Part shown: positions 1 to 16,024 of the stretch, one piece after another
How positions within the stretch are numbered: position 1 is the stretch's first letter
How the letters are laid out: each line of letters begins with the position of its first letter
Assembly (NCBI GenBank): GCA_964016885.1
Contig: OZ024740.1
Location: forward strand, 358,608,001 to 358,672,000
Length of the DNA stretch: 64,000 nt
Direction: 5' to 3'
DNA from: Eledone cirrhosa
Taxonomy: Eukaryota
The notes under the pieces: model-generated
The model's database searches: none
What the model was told of the DNA's origin: nothing
What the model saw: only the letters and a program-made list of their open reading frames with translations
Made by a program: the position numbers and the translations under genes

Positions 1-531
1 TAGACAAACGACATGGGACGGTCACAACTGTTCAAAAGGACAAAGATAAAATCCTTATTGAAATCAATCCATACTTTTGATTATTCTTTCATCAGTCATT
101 ACTGTCTTGTTATTAAATAGCTAGCCTTTTCCGCTCTAACACTTAAATATGTATCTCTTCTGCTCTACATGTCATTCAATTCTAAAAATACTCACTAATT
201 TTATTAAGCCGCATTCGGGAGAGTAGTTTATAAACTACGATAGATATATATGTTAGCTGTTGTCATTTTTTTGGGTGCCATTCTTGTTCTCCAGGTAAGA
301 ATCAATCTAGATTATTGTTCAGTTTATTCAATAGTGTGCCGAATGTTTCTCATCATCACTAGTGTACTTATTCCTGTTCCCTTTTCATTGTATATTCTTT
401 GCGTTCCTTAATATGTACATTCTTCCACTCCAAGGAATTTTAGAAGAGCTATAGGCAATATTCAATGATAGTTGTATCTTATCATGAAGACTTTAGCTAA
501 TTCCTGGAAAGAAATGTCATTATTTTAAATG

Positions 532-716
532 AATTGGCGGTGAATTGGCAGTATCGGTAGAGGGTCAGACATGCTTTCTAGCATAGTTATGTCCCTTTAC
601 AATCTGAGTTCAAATCCCGCGAGGTTAACTTTGCCTTTCATCCTTACGAGGTCGATAAAATAAAGTACCAGTAATATACTGGGTAATTGCTGGCCTTGTG
701 CCAAAAAGTAAAAACA
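532..716 (+). mobile_element. tRNA-derived SINE (octopod-type, Nin-like central domain) with 13-bp TSD
   Basis: A-box-like ggcggtgaattggcagtatcggtag, B-box gagttcaaatcc, conserved actttgcctttcatccttacgaggtcgataaa. Flanked by attattttaaatg at 519-531 and 717-729. Confidence 0.85.
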
Positions 717-1173
717 ATTATTTTAAATGCATTTCTATTATTGAAGGTTATCGGCAACATGTTATAATATATCTATCCAAGTATGAAACTAAAATCATTT
801 CCCCTTCTTTTTGCAGTGGTACAATAGAAAATATTGCTAAATTGAACATTACTGTTTTTAAGTGATTTCACCTAAGATAGCATTTACCTAAATCATAAAA
901 ATGCCTAAAAAAAAAAGATTTTCGTTGGTTAATCAGTAATATCATTAGGAATTCGAAATGAATCTGTTAAATTAAAGATCTGTTTCACTTCTATTTTCGA
1001 TGAAAATACACTTCAAAATTCATTCAACTGTTTATAACCTTCTAGAAGGACACTGAGTTTTGTTAGTTTCCGAGAGTATTAAGCCTGAGGATGTGAGTAG
1101 CTTTTCAATATATGAATATAAATATACCTTCATTCATTGAACTGTATTATTTCCACTATGTTATCTGTATTGT

Positions 1174-1320
1174 AGGCAGCAAATTAGCAGTCGTTAGAAC
1201 GTTGGATAGAAGACTTTATGGTATTCATTCCGGCTATCCGCTCTCTGAGTTCAAATCCTGCCGCGGTCAACTTTGCCTTTCATCCTTTCGAGGTCGATAA
1301 AAAAGTACCCGTCTAGTACT
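1174..1320 (+). mobile_element. SINE, same superfamily, diverged
   Basis: gagttcaaatcc B-box followed by caactttgcctttcatcctttcgaggtcgataaaaaagtacc. Confidence 0.75.
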
Positions 1321-1621
1321 CTATATCACTTTCTCACTTACTCCCTCTCACTTCTGTACTCAGGTCTTGAGAGAGATGGGCTCCGCCAGGCTTAAAATGC
1401 CCAAGAAACGCCGTATGTCAATACAGCGCCCTACGACTCTCTCAGGAGCTACGGGACCATACATACATATGTATTGTAAGGTTTAGAAGGTCTACAAGCA
1501 CTAAAGGGGAGTAGGGCTTGAAAGGTTTCTAAGAATTGCTTTTAATATGTTGATGAAACAATCAACATGTTAACTACATCAAAAAGTATAAGCTGTTATT
1601 GTCGTTTAGCTTCAAAATAAT

Positions 1622-1791
1622 TGTTTCTACTTTTGGCACAAGGCCAGACATTACCCAGTACATTACTGGTACTTTATTTTATCGACCCCGTAAGGATAAA
1701 GGCAAAGTTGCCCTCGGCGGGATTTGAACTCAGAATGGAAAGGGCCGTAACTTTATGCGTCAAAGCATGACGTCCGACCTTCTACCGATAC
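1622..1791 (-). mobile_element. SINE with 15-bp TSD
   Basis: Reverse complement of the 532-716 family. tagcttcaaaataat at 1607-1621 and 1792-1806. Confidence 0.85.
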
Positions 1792-1991
1792 TAGCTTCAA
1801 AATAATGTGTTCCAGCTAGGAATATCCTTGTTTTCATGAAGCATATTTCATCTAAGAATACATTATCCAATGTACCTTTCCTTTTCAAAATTGGAGAGTA
1901 TGATTTGGGGAAGTATTATCTGCCTGCTATTGCTATCAGGCCGGGCGAATGTATGTGTCAGTGCTAGTTTTGTGTGTATGTGGAAAAATAA

Positions 1992-2115
1992 ATAATACTT
2001 GTTTCTGATTTAGGCACAATGTTTTGGGGAGGAAGGGAAAGTCGATTAAATCGGCCCAGTGCGTGACTGGTACTTTATTTTATCGACCTCGTAAGGATGA
2101 AAGACACAGCTAACT
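1992..2115 (-). mobile_element. Partial SINE (3' half)
   Basis: ctggtactttattttatcgacctcgtaaggatgaaag core motif. Confidence 0.7.
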
Positions 2116-2499
2116 TCATACACATACAACACACACACACACACATACACACACACACACTTTCTCTCTCTCTCTCTCTCTCTCTCCGTTTCACCAAAAA
2201 GATATTCATTTCCATTGGAAATTATATGTTATTTCTCTCCAGCGCCCTTCTATTTACCATTAATATTTTCATTTCCAGAACAGTTGTATATTCTAAATGA
2301 AACATTCATAAAAGATCTTTCAGAAAATATATCGGAAAGGTCGTTACTAATATCCCTTTTAATAAGATATACGACTACTTTAATGTTTCTTTGACTACTT
2401 TATCTTAAATACCCTTCATTTTTTATAAAGGAAGTAGATTTGGGTAATATTTCTAGCAGATCGAACGAATAGTCGCTCTCTCATCAGCTCGTTGAACTT

Positions 2500-2570
<71 letters not shown>

Positions 2571-2582
2571 TGTAGTAGTAGC
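2500..2582. repeat. (GTA)n microsatellite
   Basis: Direct reading. Confidence 0.95.
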
Positions 2583-3064
2583 AGCATCATCATCTCTTAT
2601 TGTTACGCTTCTCATCAGCCCTGATGTAGCAGACCTATTATCAATAACATTCCAGCCGGGACTATTTCATCTTATTTTTTCAGACGCCCTGCTCATGTTA
2701 TCCTATATAATTTTCCTTTTTTAAAATAGTAGGGTGGAATTGGAGTTTGGATTACTATTTTGTAGCAGTTTGAGTTAGCACATACAGGTACTGTCATTAA
2801 CTCGTGATTTTCATTATATTTTCAAGTAATAGAGTTTGGTGAAGCAAACCAACACCCACTAAATGATTTGATAACATTTAGACGACAGCAACTTCACAGC
2901 CTGATCTACTGACTCAGAGCATTTTATTTGGATAAAATTGATGCTAATTTCGACATTTTGACTGGGCTTTAAAAAAACTGTTCAGTGTATATAGACATAT
3001 AATTATCATCAACATTATTGTTTTTCACATAAAAAAGCTTCAAGCACAAGTATTACCTTTCCAC

Positions 3065-4005
3065 AGAATTGGTAATGTAATCGGTTTGTCTCCCCACAGC
3101 CCCGGCGGACAGAGTGGAAAAGGTGTTTCCCCGGAAGACGGCAAGGGAGACACGCTGGAGAAGCCACTCCAACTCGCGGGGCTCACACCTACGGCTGGTC
3201 AGCTAAGCACCTATGGTGATGAGTAGCGAGGTAGACCTAGGGCCGAGGACACCAGAAGTCTCCACTGCCAAGGGTACAACCGCAAACCTGTCGGAGAGCG
3301 ACCGGTATTTGAGGAGTTTGGCCTCCTCAGCCCGACGTGCAGTAGAACCTGGGTTAGTCGGACTGCACCAGGTTGCGGCTGCAGAAAGTGTTGGTGCAAG
3401 TGGCATCCCAGACGAGGGGTTTGCCACAGCGGAACGGGAAGATGGTCATGCCATCTGGCCTTTTGCCGTCCCCTCAGTCCAGCCCCACCGGCTCGAGCTG
3501 GGAAGGGAAGCCTGCAGCGTCCAAGCCATGCTTTATGACCTCATTGAGGGCAGCATGGCGTGGAAGGCGGCCGGCTCTGCGGCGACAGGAAAGCGGGTGG
3601 AGGCCGAAAGAGATCACGGTGGATCCACAGTGACATTGGTGTGGTTCGCAGACCCGGAGGCCGAGCCTCAAGGAAACGCCGATGCGCAGGTTATTGTTGT
3701 CTAGCTGCGTGTTAGTGGAGAAGGAGGGCAGGGCATGGAGCCAGGCACCAACGTGAAGTTTGGAGGCCGCACGAAAACAGGTAAGGCGGTACTGGTCGAG
3801 CTGGCGCGTGACCCTGTCTGAAGCCAGGCAGCACTGGATGGCATCCCAAGTGCTTTTTGTGGGAGGGGACTTGACGTCAGCAGGGAGAGAAGGAGAGGGT
3901 ACGTTTACTGGGCTAAGTCCCAGCCGGTCCCACGTCTCACAGGCGGCCCTACGTTCTCTGAACACAGAGGGTTCTATTGTTTTGGAGAACCCTGCTGACG
4001 AGGAC
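3065..4005 (-). mobile_element. 3' fragment of a restriction-like-endonuclease (RLE) non-LTR retrotransposon, CRE-like, decayed
   Basis: Translation GAWLHALP...LRLGL..CEPHQCHCG...HPLSC...RHAALNEVI...LEPVGLD*GDGKRPDG...LVWDAT, then FAVVPLAVETSG. This is a zinc knuckle plus PD-(D/E)xK RLE, with stops and frameshifts. Confidence 0.8.
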
Positions 4006-4360
4006 AATACTTTAGTATATCTGAACTTTTAGTTTACCATAGCTAGACATATATTTGTTAAATTAACATTTAATGGATTGCTGTTTCGTAAATAGTAAAA
4101 TATATACTGCCTAAGGGTTTCTTGCTGTAGTTGTACAGAGTAAAATAGCGTGGTCATAAACAATGTAAATATTTAAAATATATAATAATTTAAGCCCTCA
4201 TCGGGTCGCTATATATTTTTACTATTTCACATGAAAACATTGAATGAAATTCTGGACAAAGTACCTTGCGATACTCAATCCTGTTCTTTAATTATCTAAG
4301 ATTATATCACGCTTACGCTAACTTATTTTCATTTTTTTAGTATCGATATATATATATATA

Positions 4361-4965
4361 TATTGTTATACTTTGGGAGAGTCATGTTGCCAATAAGAAA
4401 CACACGCACCAGTTGCTTTACTTCAATTTATTATAAATTAAATTTATAAATTTAGGAATTTATAAATTTCCGGTTGGTTGGTTGGTTCCACAACCAGATG
4501 ATTGCAACATCACAACTTACAATTAAGGACAAAATGAAAACACACACACACATAGAACAAACAACCAACCAGTAACATGTAAATAAACAAATAAATAAAC
4601 AAATATAAACACACACAGACACCCGGATGTAACACATGCGCAAACTAAGCACACAACACACACAAAAACAAGATGGCGTAGGACAGAACAAAGGAGAGGC
4701 ACAAAAACAAAGAAAAGAATCCTCAGTCACTGAAGAGGTCACAGAATGTGTGACGAAAGAACTTTGACAATATATGAACAATTATCTGGTTGTGGAACCA
4801 ACCAACCGGAAATTTATAAATTCCTAAATTTATAAATTTAATTTATAATAAATTGAAGTGAAAGCAACTGGTGCGTGTGTTTCTTATTGGCAACATGACC
4901 CTCCCAAAGTATAACAATATTGGTTTCAACACACGTTTTCAGATAAAGAATCTTGCTAAACAAAT
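4361..4965 (+). mobile_element. PLE pseudo-LTR remnant with ~140-bp inverted repeat (4361-4504 / 4779-4919)
   Basis: Arms are near-perfect reverse complements and enclose an HHR motif. The same terminal sequence follows GIY-YIG fragments at ~16960 and ~26080. Confidence 0.7.
4726..4768 (+). ncRNA. Candidate minimal type I hammerhead ribozyme
   Basis: gtca-CTGAAGA-g-gtcaca(gaatg)tgtgac-GAAA-g(aa)c-tt-tgac. Stem I is gtca/tgac; one extra nucleotide precedes stem II; cleavage triplet CUU. Confidence 0.55.
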
Positions 4966-5288
4966 TCAGAAACGAAATATATATATTTTTTTTTTTCGAA
5001 CCCTTACGTTCTACTTTCAAATTCCGCTAAGCTAGAAATTGCATTCTTCATTCTCAGGTCAATGAAATAAATATTATTAACGCACTAAAGTCGATTTAAT
5101 CGACTACAACTTTCCCACAAAATATTTCGTTTTGCGCCAATGCAAGAAATGAATATTAGTAAGTTATTTAACCAAGATAAAACGACTTAAATTGTTTAGT
5201 TTGTTCTCGTGTGATTCAATTTTAATTCTAATTGATTGGGTTTGTTCTTTCCATTGCAACGAGATCGATAAGGTAATCAAACAATAAT

Positions 5289-5404
5289 TGTTTCTACTTT
5301 AGGCACAAGGCCAGCAATTACCCAGTTCATTACTGGTACTTTATTTTATCGACCCCGTAAGGATGAAAGGCAAAGTCAACCCCGGCGGGATTTGAACTCA
5401 GATC
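5289..5404 (-). mobile_element. 5'-truncated SINE with 16-bp TSD
   Basis: gtaatcaaacaataat at 5273-5288 and 5405-5420. Confidence 0.85.
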
Positions 5405-6716
5405 GTAATCAAACAATAATATAACAGAATCGATTTAACCGGGTTCATCCGTCGCGTGGAGCCATTGATCCTGTGCTTAGTCACAAGAAACCAATATCTT
5501 TCATAGTAAATGTCTGGTTGATTATAAAGAAATCATTTCATTTCCATCATATATACATTGGAATTGTCACATTTTACCTCGAATTTGTAATATACTTTTC
5601 TTAATTTCCTAAACGAATAAAAGCTTACTTCTAACCACTGGTAGCTCAAATTGCTTGACTTTATCCCATCTCTTCTTTTTATCTCTCCATCGTTCTCTCT
5701 CCATCATACACATCGTTGTTTTGTCATTAATTTTCTCAATGTTGTTAAGGTGCTGATTCACCGAGACAAATATTTTACATTATTAATCGTTTGAAGTTCA
5801 TCCAATCGTATTAATCATCTTCAAGAAATTGTCATGAAGTTCAAATGGTAAGGTTTCTATTTTAAATTTTCTCTATATTTTCAAGTCTGAGGTCAGTTAT
5901 ATGACGACACGAACATTTACAGTTCATGTGTTGCCAAACATTCTCTTTAAAACTAATTTTCAAAGTTTCTATTCTAATAATAGGTAAAAATAAATCAGTG
6001 AGAGATGAAACATTTACGTAATAGGGATGAGTTGATGAAAGAGGGTAGAGCACGTATCTAAACTTTGCTTTCGTCTTCCCTCAATCCAGTCGGAGTCTAC
6101 TTTGCCATTATTTACACGGCACCGATTTCCGAAATTGGTCTCGTTCATAATAAATATTTATTGTAAGTTCATTTCAGTTCATGTGCCAAGATGATTTGTG
6201 TGTGTGTGTGTGGGGGGGGGGGTTATGCATGGCATCATTTCCATTTTTACATTCCATAACAATATAAGTCTAATCAGAAAGAGGTAAAGTCCTAGAAACA
6301 TTCTACTGTTATGTTTCTATTCCTTGTTGCAAACATTTCCTCCCCTTTCACAAGTTTAATTCTTAGAAATTATTAGCAGATGGAAATTTATTCAAATAAA
6401 AGTTTTCAAGTTGGTATTATAATATTTTATGATAGAATTATTTTAATTAATACTATCAAAACAATTATAAAATGAACGAAAACGTATCTGCATACGATTG
6501 ATTATTCCAGTATTTCAAGCCCAAAAGAAGTCCTACATCGACGATTAACTCCTGGTCGCTATAAATTGCATGGAAATAACTTTCAAATCCTTCCCATCTG
6601 TATGAAATGTGGATACAATGCTTAATATAGTCTGAGGTGCATAATGCATGCAAAACGCAGAATAGTCATGGCTGAAAATGCCTTTAATCGCGAGTCTGCT
6701 CGAATTAAATATTTAT

Positions 6717-6990
6717 ATACTCTCCAGGGAGAGCCGCTACTTCTCCGAATTGAGAGATCACAGCCCGGATACTATGGGCATGTATTTAGAATGTCTTAGG
6801 AACGAATCGCTGGACAGATTTTACGGGCAAAACCAACCGGCAAATGACCCAGGAGTAGAACCCGAACAAGATAGTTGGATGACGTTCATGATCTTGGCTG
6901 GTCTCGCTTGGGGATGTAGCCGGATCAGTTGGAGAGGGTTGCTTCTGGCAGGATTCGCTGGAAGGAGTGGTTGAGGACTCTGCCTCTACC
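6717..6990 (+). mobile_element. RTE-clade LINE 3' fragment
   Basis: Alternative frame reads LLRIERSQPGYYGHVFRMS.ERIAGQILRAKPTG, similar to the RTE C-terminus. Homologous to 24700-24990 and 30385-30710. Followed by (GAA)/(GAC)n. Confidence 0.65.
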
Positions 6991-7010
6991 ATCTTCTCGC
7001 GAATAAGTGG

Positions 7011-7024
7011 GAGAAGAAGAAGAA

Positions 7025-7102
<78 letters not shown>
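7011..7102. repeat. (GAA)n(GAC)n microsatellite
   Basis: Direct reading. Confidence 0.95.
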
Positions 7103-7949
7103 AAAATGGAATATGACTTCAATAAGAAATTTAGTAATTTTCAAAGTACTGTATAGTCTTTATTGGTAGCTGAATATTCCATTTACTAGTTTTCCCATAG
7201 CATAGTTCTAAGGCACTCTGAAGTAAAATACATTATCCCACATGATATTTGATTTTCTCACTGTTAAGCTCAGCTTGGTATTCAGTAATTTCGTATTATC
7301 GTAAAGATAAGATACTCCTTGCAGGTGAGCTACCCTTTGCACTTAGTTTCGTGCTTCACGTTTTTCTTTGGCATCATGCTATCTTTGTCCTCTCTCTCTC
7401 ATTTTCTTTGGCTGTCAGGTTTAGTTTACTATTAACCAGTATCCAGCCCTCCATTTTCCCGGAAAATGATGACATGGTACTGTTGTTCGTAGCGCCTGGT
7501 CATGTATTGCTAGAGTAGGAGATCCCATAGTACAGCGTTTGTTGTGAACATTTGGCATTACTAGTGTTGAAGATGAGGCATTTCCGTTTCCTTTTACAGT
7601 TGCTTCCTTCATAGATACAATCGCTGGTACTTAGAAACAACGGGGATATCACTCACATCCTTCAGATCTGGGGCTACCTGTAGTTGAAATAGCCTCTTTT
7701 GGCCATCCTCGCTCTATATATTTTGAGTTTCACTTATGAACAGAAAGCTCCCATGTGATCTATCGTACAAGTGTAGCAAGTGGTCCTTCTGTCATGGACC
7801 ACTAGTCTCATTGCCCTCGTTTCTTTGCCTTGTGGACATACCTAATCCATTCTTTTTCCTTTTTTTATGCGGGGTTAATGTAAGTCACATTTTTTACCCA
7901 CCACATATTCAATGAGGAACACTTCTTCTGCTGGTGGTGTTGGCATAGT

Positions 7950-10160
<2,211 letters not shown>

Positions 10161-10163
<3 letters not shown>

Positions 10164-10580
10164 GGAAAAAATGAAACGAAATTTCATTTCCCACACTTAG
10201 TACGGCTGTTACTTAAATATAAGTATGTACACGTACATACATATATGTATACAGACGTACAGTAGTATGTATATATATATACATACATGCACACATATAT
10301 ATATGTACGTATGGATTCACCGAACATTTATTATAATGCTCGGTGTGTTTGTAAACAAACATCCCATATTAAGCCGTAGTGTCCAGCAACCATCGTTGCT
10401 CGTTTGTTCAACACTGACAAAGGAACGCTTTACTAGTTTCAAGCTTATTAGCTATCGTCAGCAACGTATACCTTCCTGCCAGAATGTTGAACGTATATAC
10501 TTACCTTATACATATTAACGGCTGAGTAGCCCAATTTGCATATCGAGTGGGTTAATCGGCCGGGTGCACCGAAAACGATA
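10161..10580 (-). mobile_element. Family A unit, diverged, with HHR at 10424-10467
   Basis: Minus strand reads acgttg-CTGACGA-tagctaataagctt-GAAACTAGTA-aagcgtt. Flanks are homologous to 8360-8820. Confidence 0.8.
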
Positions 10581-10582
10581 AA

Positions 10583-13500
10583 CGATAAACGATAGCCATC
10601 ACCAAAGCACGCTGCCTGCACGTATAGGTCGCAGTCCCAAAATCTGCCATCATTCCCAACGTGAGAGGCTATGTCTGCTGCCTGACTGTCCCTTCACTCA
10701 TTTTCCTGGGACACAATCCACGAACAGAAAAGGGACTTCATGCCAACCCACAAACCACAATAAAGCCTCCCCGTGCTGCGGTAATGCTGCTCCAGTCTCC
10801 TCACAAAGACATGATTACAACAACAATGCTGCTCCAGTCTTGTCACAAAGACACGATCACAACAACAACAAATACAACAACAACAAAAATAACGCTGCTC
10901 CAGTCTTTTCACAAAGACACAATTACAACAAATACAACAACAACAACAAAAGAGGGAACTGCAACCCTATCCAATGTTGTAACCACAAATCTAATCAAAA
11001 ACTGCTCCCTGAACAAAAAAAAATCTTTCTTTTTTAGCCATGAACATGGCAAAAGAGATAGAGAAAAACATTTTAGCCATCACCCAACACCAACCTTGCT
11101 GTCACTAACACACAATTACAAAACAAGCCCCCTGCAACAGTCAAAACCAGCCACCACACTAGCCTCCACATTCTTACTCAATACACAAGGTATCAGCCCA
11201 TCTATCAATGCACAGAAATGGAAGATCCATATCATTGAGGATTGGGTTGGTAACCATCCCCTTCACATCCCCTTCTTCATTCTTACTGAGACCCACCTTG
11301 ACAACTCCCACTTGGAGGCCGAAGTAAGAGTGAGAAATTTCACAACCATCCGTGCGGATCATGTTGGCAGAAGGAAGGGTGGAACTGCCATTTTCCTGCA
11401 TGATTCCTTTACGGCAGATGGCAACACAACATTCTCTAATGGATACTGTGAATCAGTCACTGTGCACAATAAAGCCAATGACCTGACATTAGTTGGGCTC
11501 TATAGGCCGCCACAAGCACCCATAATCTGTTTCAAAGAATGCCTCAACAGTATTAAATGCTTTATCAAACAGTGCCATTCTAGAAACATACTTTTGATGG
11601 GAGACTTTAATCTACCCTGTGTCGATTGGTCTACATGTAGTTTGAAACCAGGCTCCACAGCCTCAACCACTGACAATGAGGCTGTCGAGTCACTTCTTGA
11701 CTTCATGAATGAGCTTTTCTTGTCACAACTTGTCCTTGCACCAACGAGGCATCAGAAGAACATTCTGGATCTAGTGTTTAGTAATCACACTAACACTATA
11801 CATAATATTACAGTGGAAAAAACCCTTCTCTCAGACCATGACATGGTTCTTTGTAACCTGAGATTTCACCAGCCGAAAGCTAATCCCAGGGTCCTCTCTC
11901 CAGCCCACCCATTTGATAACATGGATCTCTACAATGCCAACTGGGATCAATTATGAACGAACTATCACATGTCCACTGGTCTTTTACACACTTCCACACT
12001 TCCACCAACATCAAAACATCTTGGCAGATCTTTGTAGACACTGTCACAAATATATGTACAAAACACACCCCACCAAAACCTGTGAAAAAAACCAAGTGCA
12101 GTATCCCCAAAACAGAAAAACTATTATCAGAAAAATAAAAAGAACAAACAAAAGAATTAACACACTAAAATACTGCCAACAGCAACACACACATTCAATG
12201 GCTATCACCCTGCTTGAGTAAAAAAAAATAACCTCCAGCAATGCATGATGACCATCATCAATAAACAGAGAAGAGCTGAAGAGAGGTGGACCATTGAGAA
12301 AATAAAACTCAATCCCAAAGTGTTCTTCTCATTCGCTAAAAAACACAAGGTCACCGCCTCCACTGTTGGCCCCCTAGTTGATGTAAATGGCACACACCAG
12401 GACAATGCCAAAACCATGGGCGAGATACTGCAGAAACAATACTGCTCTGTTTTCAGCAACACTGATATGGCCGATCTGGGCCGTATCAGTGATATTAACC
12501 CCCAACACACTATATCAGACATAACGTTTGGCGCCCCTGATATCTTAGCGGCAATAAACGAAATTAAACACAATTCAGCAGTAGGCCCCGACAGGTTCCC
12601 TGCTTGTGTCCTGAAGGTGTGTCGACACCAACTTGCAACTCCTCTTGCTAATCTGTGGAGGAACTCACTGGACACTGGCTATATTCCTGAAAACTATCTG
12701 TCCCAGTCCGTTGTCCCAGTCTTCAAAAAGGGAAATAAGTCCCTTGCAGTGAACTACCGTCGGATCTCACTCACCTCTCATATTATCAAGGTATTTGAGA
12801 GGGTGGTGAGATCACGAATAACCCACTTTCTTGAAAGCAACGGCCTGCTGAACTCCAACCAACCAACATGGGTTCCGTAATGGAAGGGACTGCCTAACGC
12901 AGCTCCTGCATAACTTTGACGATGTTTTGAGAGCCTTGGGAGAGGGCTCCAACACTGATGTCATCTACCTTGATTTCAGCAAGGCCTTCGACAGGTTGAT
13001 CATAAGATTCTACTGAAAAAACTATCCAATGTTGGTGTCTCTGGAAGGTTACTACAGTGGATCAAATGTTTCCTGACAAGCAGAACCCAGCATGTTGTAG
13101 TCGAAGGAGTAAAATCAAGCCCTGCCAAAGTCCACAGTGGCGTCCCACAAGGCACTCTGTTGGGCCCACTTCTTTTCATCATCTACGTTAATGACATTAC
13201 TGACATCATCAAACACAGTAACATCAGAATCTTCGCAGATGATTCCAAGCTCCAAAGAGTCATCAATGAGGTGGGTGACCGGACTTGCCTTCAGTCAGAC
13301 CTACTGGCTGTTATCCAATGGGCAGAGATGAATAATATGCTGTTGAATGAGGATAAATTTGAACTAATCCACTTTAGAAAAAAGGATGCTCTGAAACTAC
13401 CATACTCTCTTCCTTCGGGTGAAACTCTGGTGGCTTCCAATAACATCAGAGACCTGGGAGTAATTGTGGACAACAATATAAGCTAGGCCACTCATATAAA

Positions 13501-14210
13501 CAGCAAAGTTGATATGGCCCGCAGAATGTGCTCCTGGATTCTCAGAACTTCCAGTCGAGAGATATCCACACTGTTGTCCTTCTCTTCTCCACTTTTGCCC
13601 GACCCCACCTTGAATACTGTTGTCCACTGTGGTCACTCCACACGAAACAAAGTATCATGAAAGTTGAAGCACCCCAAAGGTCAATTACAAAAAAGATAGT
13701 TGGCATGACAGGCCTTGACTATTGGGGTTGATTAGAAAAGCTCAAACTTTATTCTCTTCAACGTCGCCGTGAGCGCTACATTATCTGTATGATGTGGAAA
13801 ATATTCCATCAGCTTAGCCCAAATGATGTTGGCATCATCTTTAGTGTACACCCAAGGCTTGGGCCCCGTGCTATCCGCCCAGGACTAAAATCCCACTCGC
13901 ATCACATAACAACAATGCGGCACAATTATTTCACCTCAATTGGCCCTGCACTCTTTAACATTACACCAAAACACATCAAAGCAGAGACAGACCCCATCAA
14001 GTTCAAGAAGTCTTTGGATAAATTCCTTCAAGAAATCCCGGATAAGCCACCTACACCCGGATATGCCTCCGTAAACAATAACTCTCTGCTCGAGTGGGCC
14101 ATGGTGCCCAAAAACTGATTTGTAAGACTTCGCCAGGTGGTGCTATTAAGTTATACATGGCCTGTGCCAATACTGGCCGAAACCTATCAAAGTTATCAAA
14201 GTTAAAGTTA
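10583..14210 (+). mobile_element. CR1-group LINE (APE endonuclease + RT), frameshifted
   Basis: Endonuclease motifs ILTETHL, GGTAIF, GLYRPP, LMGDFN, ILDLVF, SDHDMV. RT motifs VFKKG..NYRRISLTS, YLDFSKAFD, SGVPQG, GPLLFIIYVND, FADDSK. C-terminus LDKFLQEIPDKP. Tail (tcaaagtta)n. Several stops and frameshifts. Confidence 0.9.
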
Positions 14211-14259
14211 TATATATATATATATATTTCTACTTTAGGCACAAGGCCAGCAATTTCTT

Positions 14260-14768
14260 ATATTTTACTCTTGATTTGGCCAGAGATTTTTATTTCCAGG
14301 TACCTTATAAACATGACTTTCCGTATTTATTACTGTTATGAGATATTGTTTGTTTTTTTGGGAATCATTTCTCTGTATTTAGCCTAAGAAAATATCTATA
14401 TGCGTGTGTAAATAATTACATGCATACATTTATTTCTTTAAATTAATTGAGTTCTTAACACGCGAAATTAATATTGGTTTTGAAATAACTAATTAACTCG
14501 CGTGTATTAAATATTTTACTCTTAATTTGGCCAGAGATTTACATTCCCAAATGCCTTTTAAAGCGTAACTTTCCGTATTTATTACAGTTATGAGATGTGA
14601 TTGTTTTTAGGTATCATTTCTCTGTTTTTAGCCTAAGAAAATATCTATATGCGTGTGTAATTAATACACGCATACATTTATTTTTTTAAAATTAATTGAG
14701 TTCTTAACACGCAAGATTGATAATGTTTTTGAAAAAACTAATTAACCCACGTGTATATTATTTTACTT
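14260..14768. repeat. Diverged tandem duplication, ~250-bp unit
   Basis: atattttactctt(g/a)atttggccagagattt at ~14260 and ~14511 with continued similarity. Confidence 0.8.
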
Positions 14769-15252
14769 TTCTCGTGAATCGTGGTTGTCTTCCTTTTCCG
14801 CTTCGTGACGCTATGATACTTCCTCAGTCAAAAGACTGCTGGAATTTCAAATTTGGCGGTCATTCGATGCGTGAAGGAACAACTTAGCGGACACGAAAAT
14901 TAACTGTGGTAAGGAATTTTTTCTTATATCAAAGTTTAATGGGCTTCCACTGACGATTTATAAGTGCCCACCTAAATATTTTCTTACATGAAAATATGTT
15001 AGGCTTCTACATAAACTGGAAACATTCTCCAAACTTGTAGAAAACTTATAATGAAACAATTGTTTGGAAAGAGAGATATATTTTAACTTTAATTATATCT
15101 CATATAAAATAATACAACTGGCTTTCCACAAAATACATATAGTTAGCACCCCAAACACTTAAATTGGGTTTATACTAACGTATAACCTAATGTTTGTTGA
15201 GTGAGATGGTTACCAGTCGGAGTTTATCTTAAAGCTATCTTTGTTATTGTAT

Positions 15253-15356
<104 letters not shown>

Positions 15357-15611
15357 TATAGATACATATATGAATGAAAAATGGCGTGCTGCGTTGTTGC
15401 GAATATGAACATATGAATGAAAATAGACCGAGAAACAGGAATGTCCATTATCACTAACCTGCTGATTATCATTGGTATTTCTTCGCATTAAAGACTAGAT
15501 ACCTAAAATCAGTGCGAGCGATAACTAAATTAAGTTATCGGGACAGAGGAAAGTAAACAAACAACATGGTAGTAATGAAACGTAAATATGTATATATATA
15601 TATTTACATAC

Positions 15612-15714
<103 letters not shown>

Positions 15715-15760
15715 TAAATAACAGGAGGCTGGACTGGGGTAGATCCTTGAAAAGTTTATT

Positions 15761-15818
15761 ATACTATGATCATTTCAATGACCGGGTTCCGTATGAAACC
15801 GGTGATATCATCAGGTAT
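15761..15818 (-). ncRNA. Type I hammerhead ribozyme in a PLE-type terminal remnant
   Basis: Minus strand reads atac-CTGATGA-t-atcaccgg...ccggtcat-t-GAAA-tgatc-ATA-gtat, with palindromic atgatcat stem III. Confidence 0.65.
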
Positions 15819-15975
15819 TCGAAATATAACAAAGGAATATATAAAATCCATGGGTCCGAAGATCAGAGACAGAGAGTACGACTGACCAACTAGCTGCTTT
15901 CACCACGGTCAGTCGCCCTCAAGTGATGGCAACTCGGTCTACTAATGACCATCTCCGTCAGAGAATAAAAAAAGA

Positions 15976-16024
<49 letters not shown>

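Noticed and set aside
532-625. tRNA genes at SINE heads
   Set aside because: A and B boxes are present but there is no cloverleaf; these are SINE promoters.
7280-7930. Possible decayed LTR-retrotransposon integrase on the minus strand
   Set aside because: Only a vague resemblance; no intact motif.
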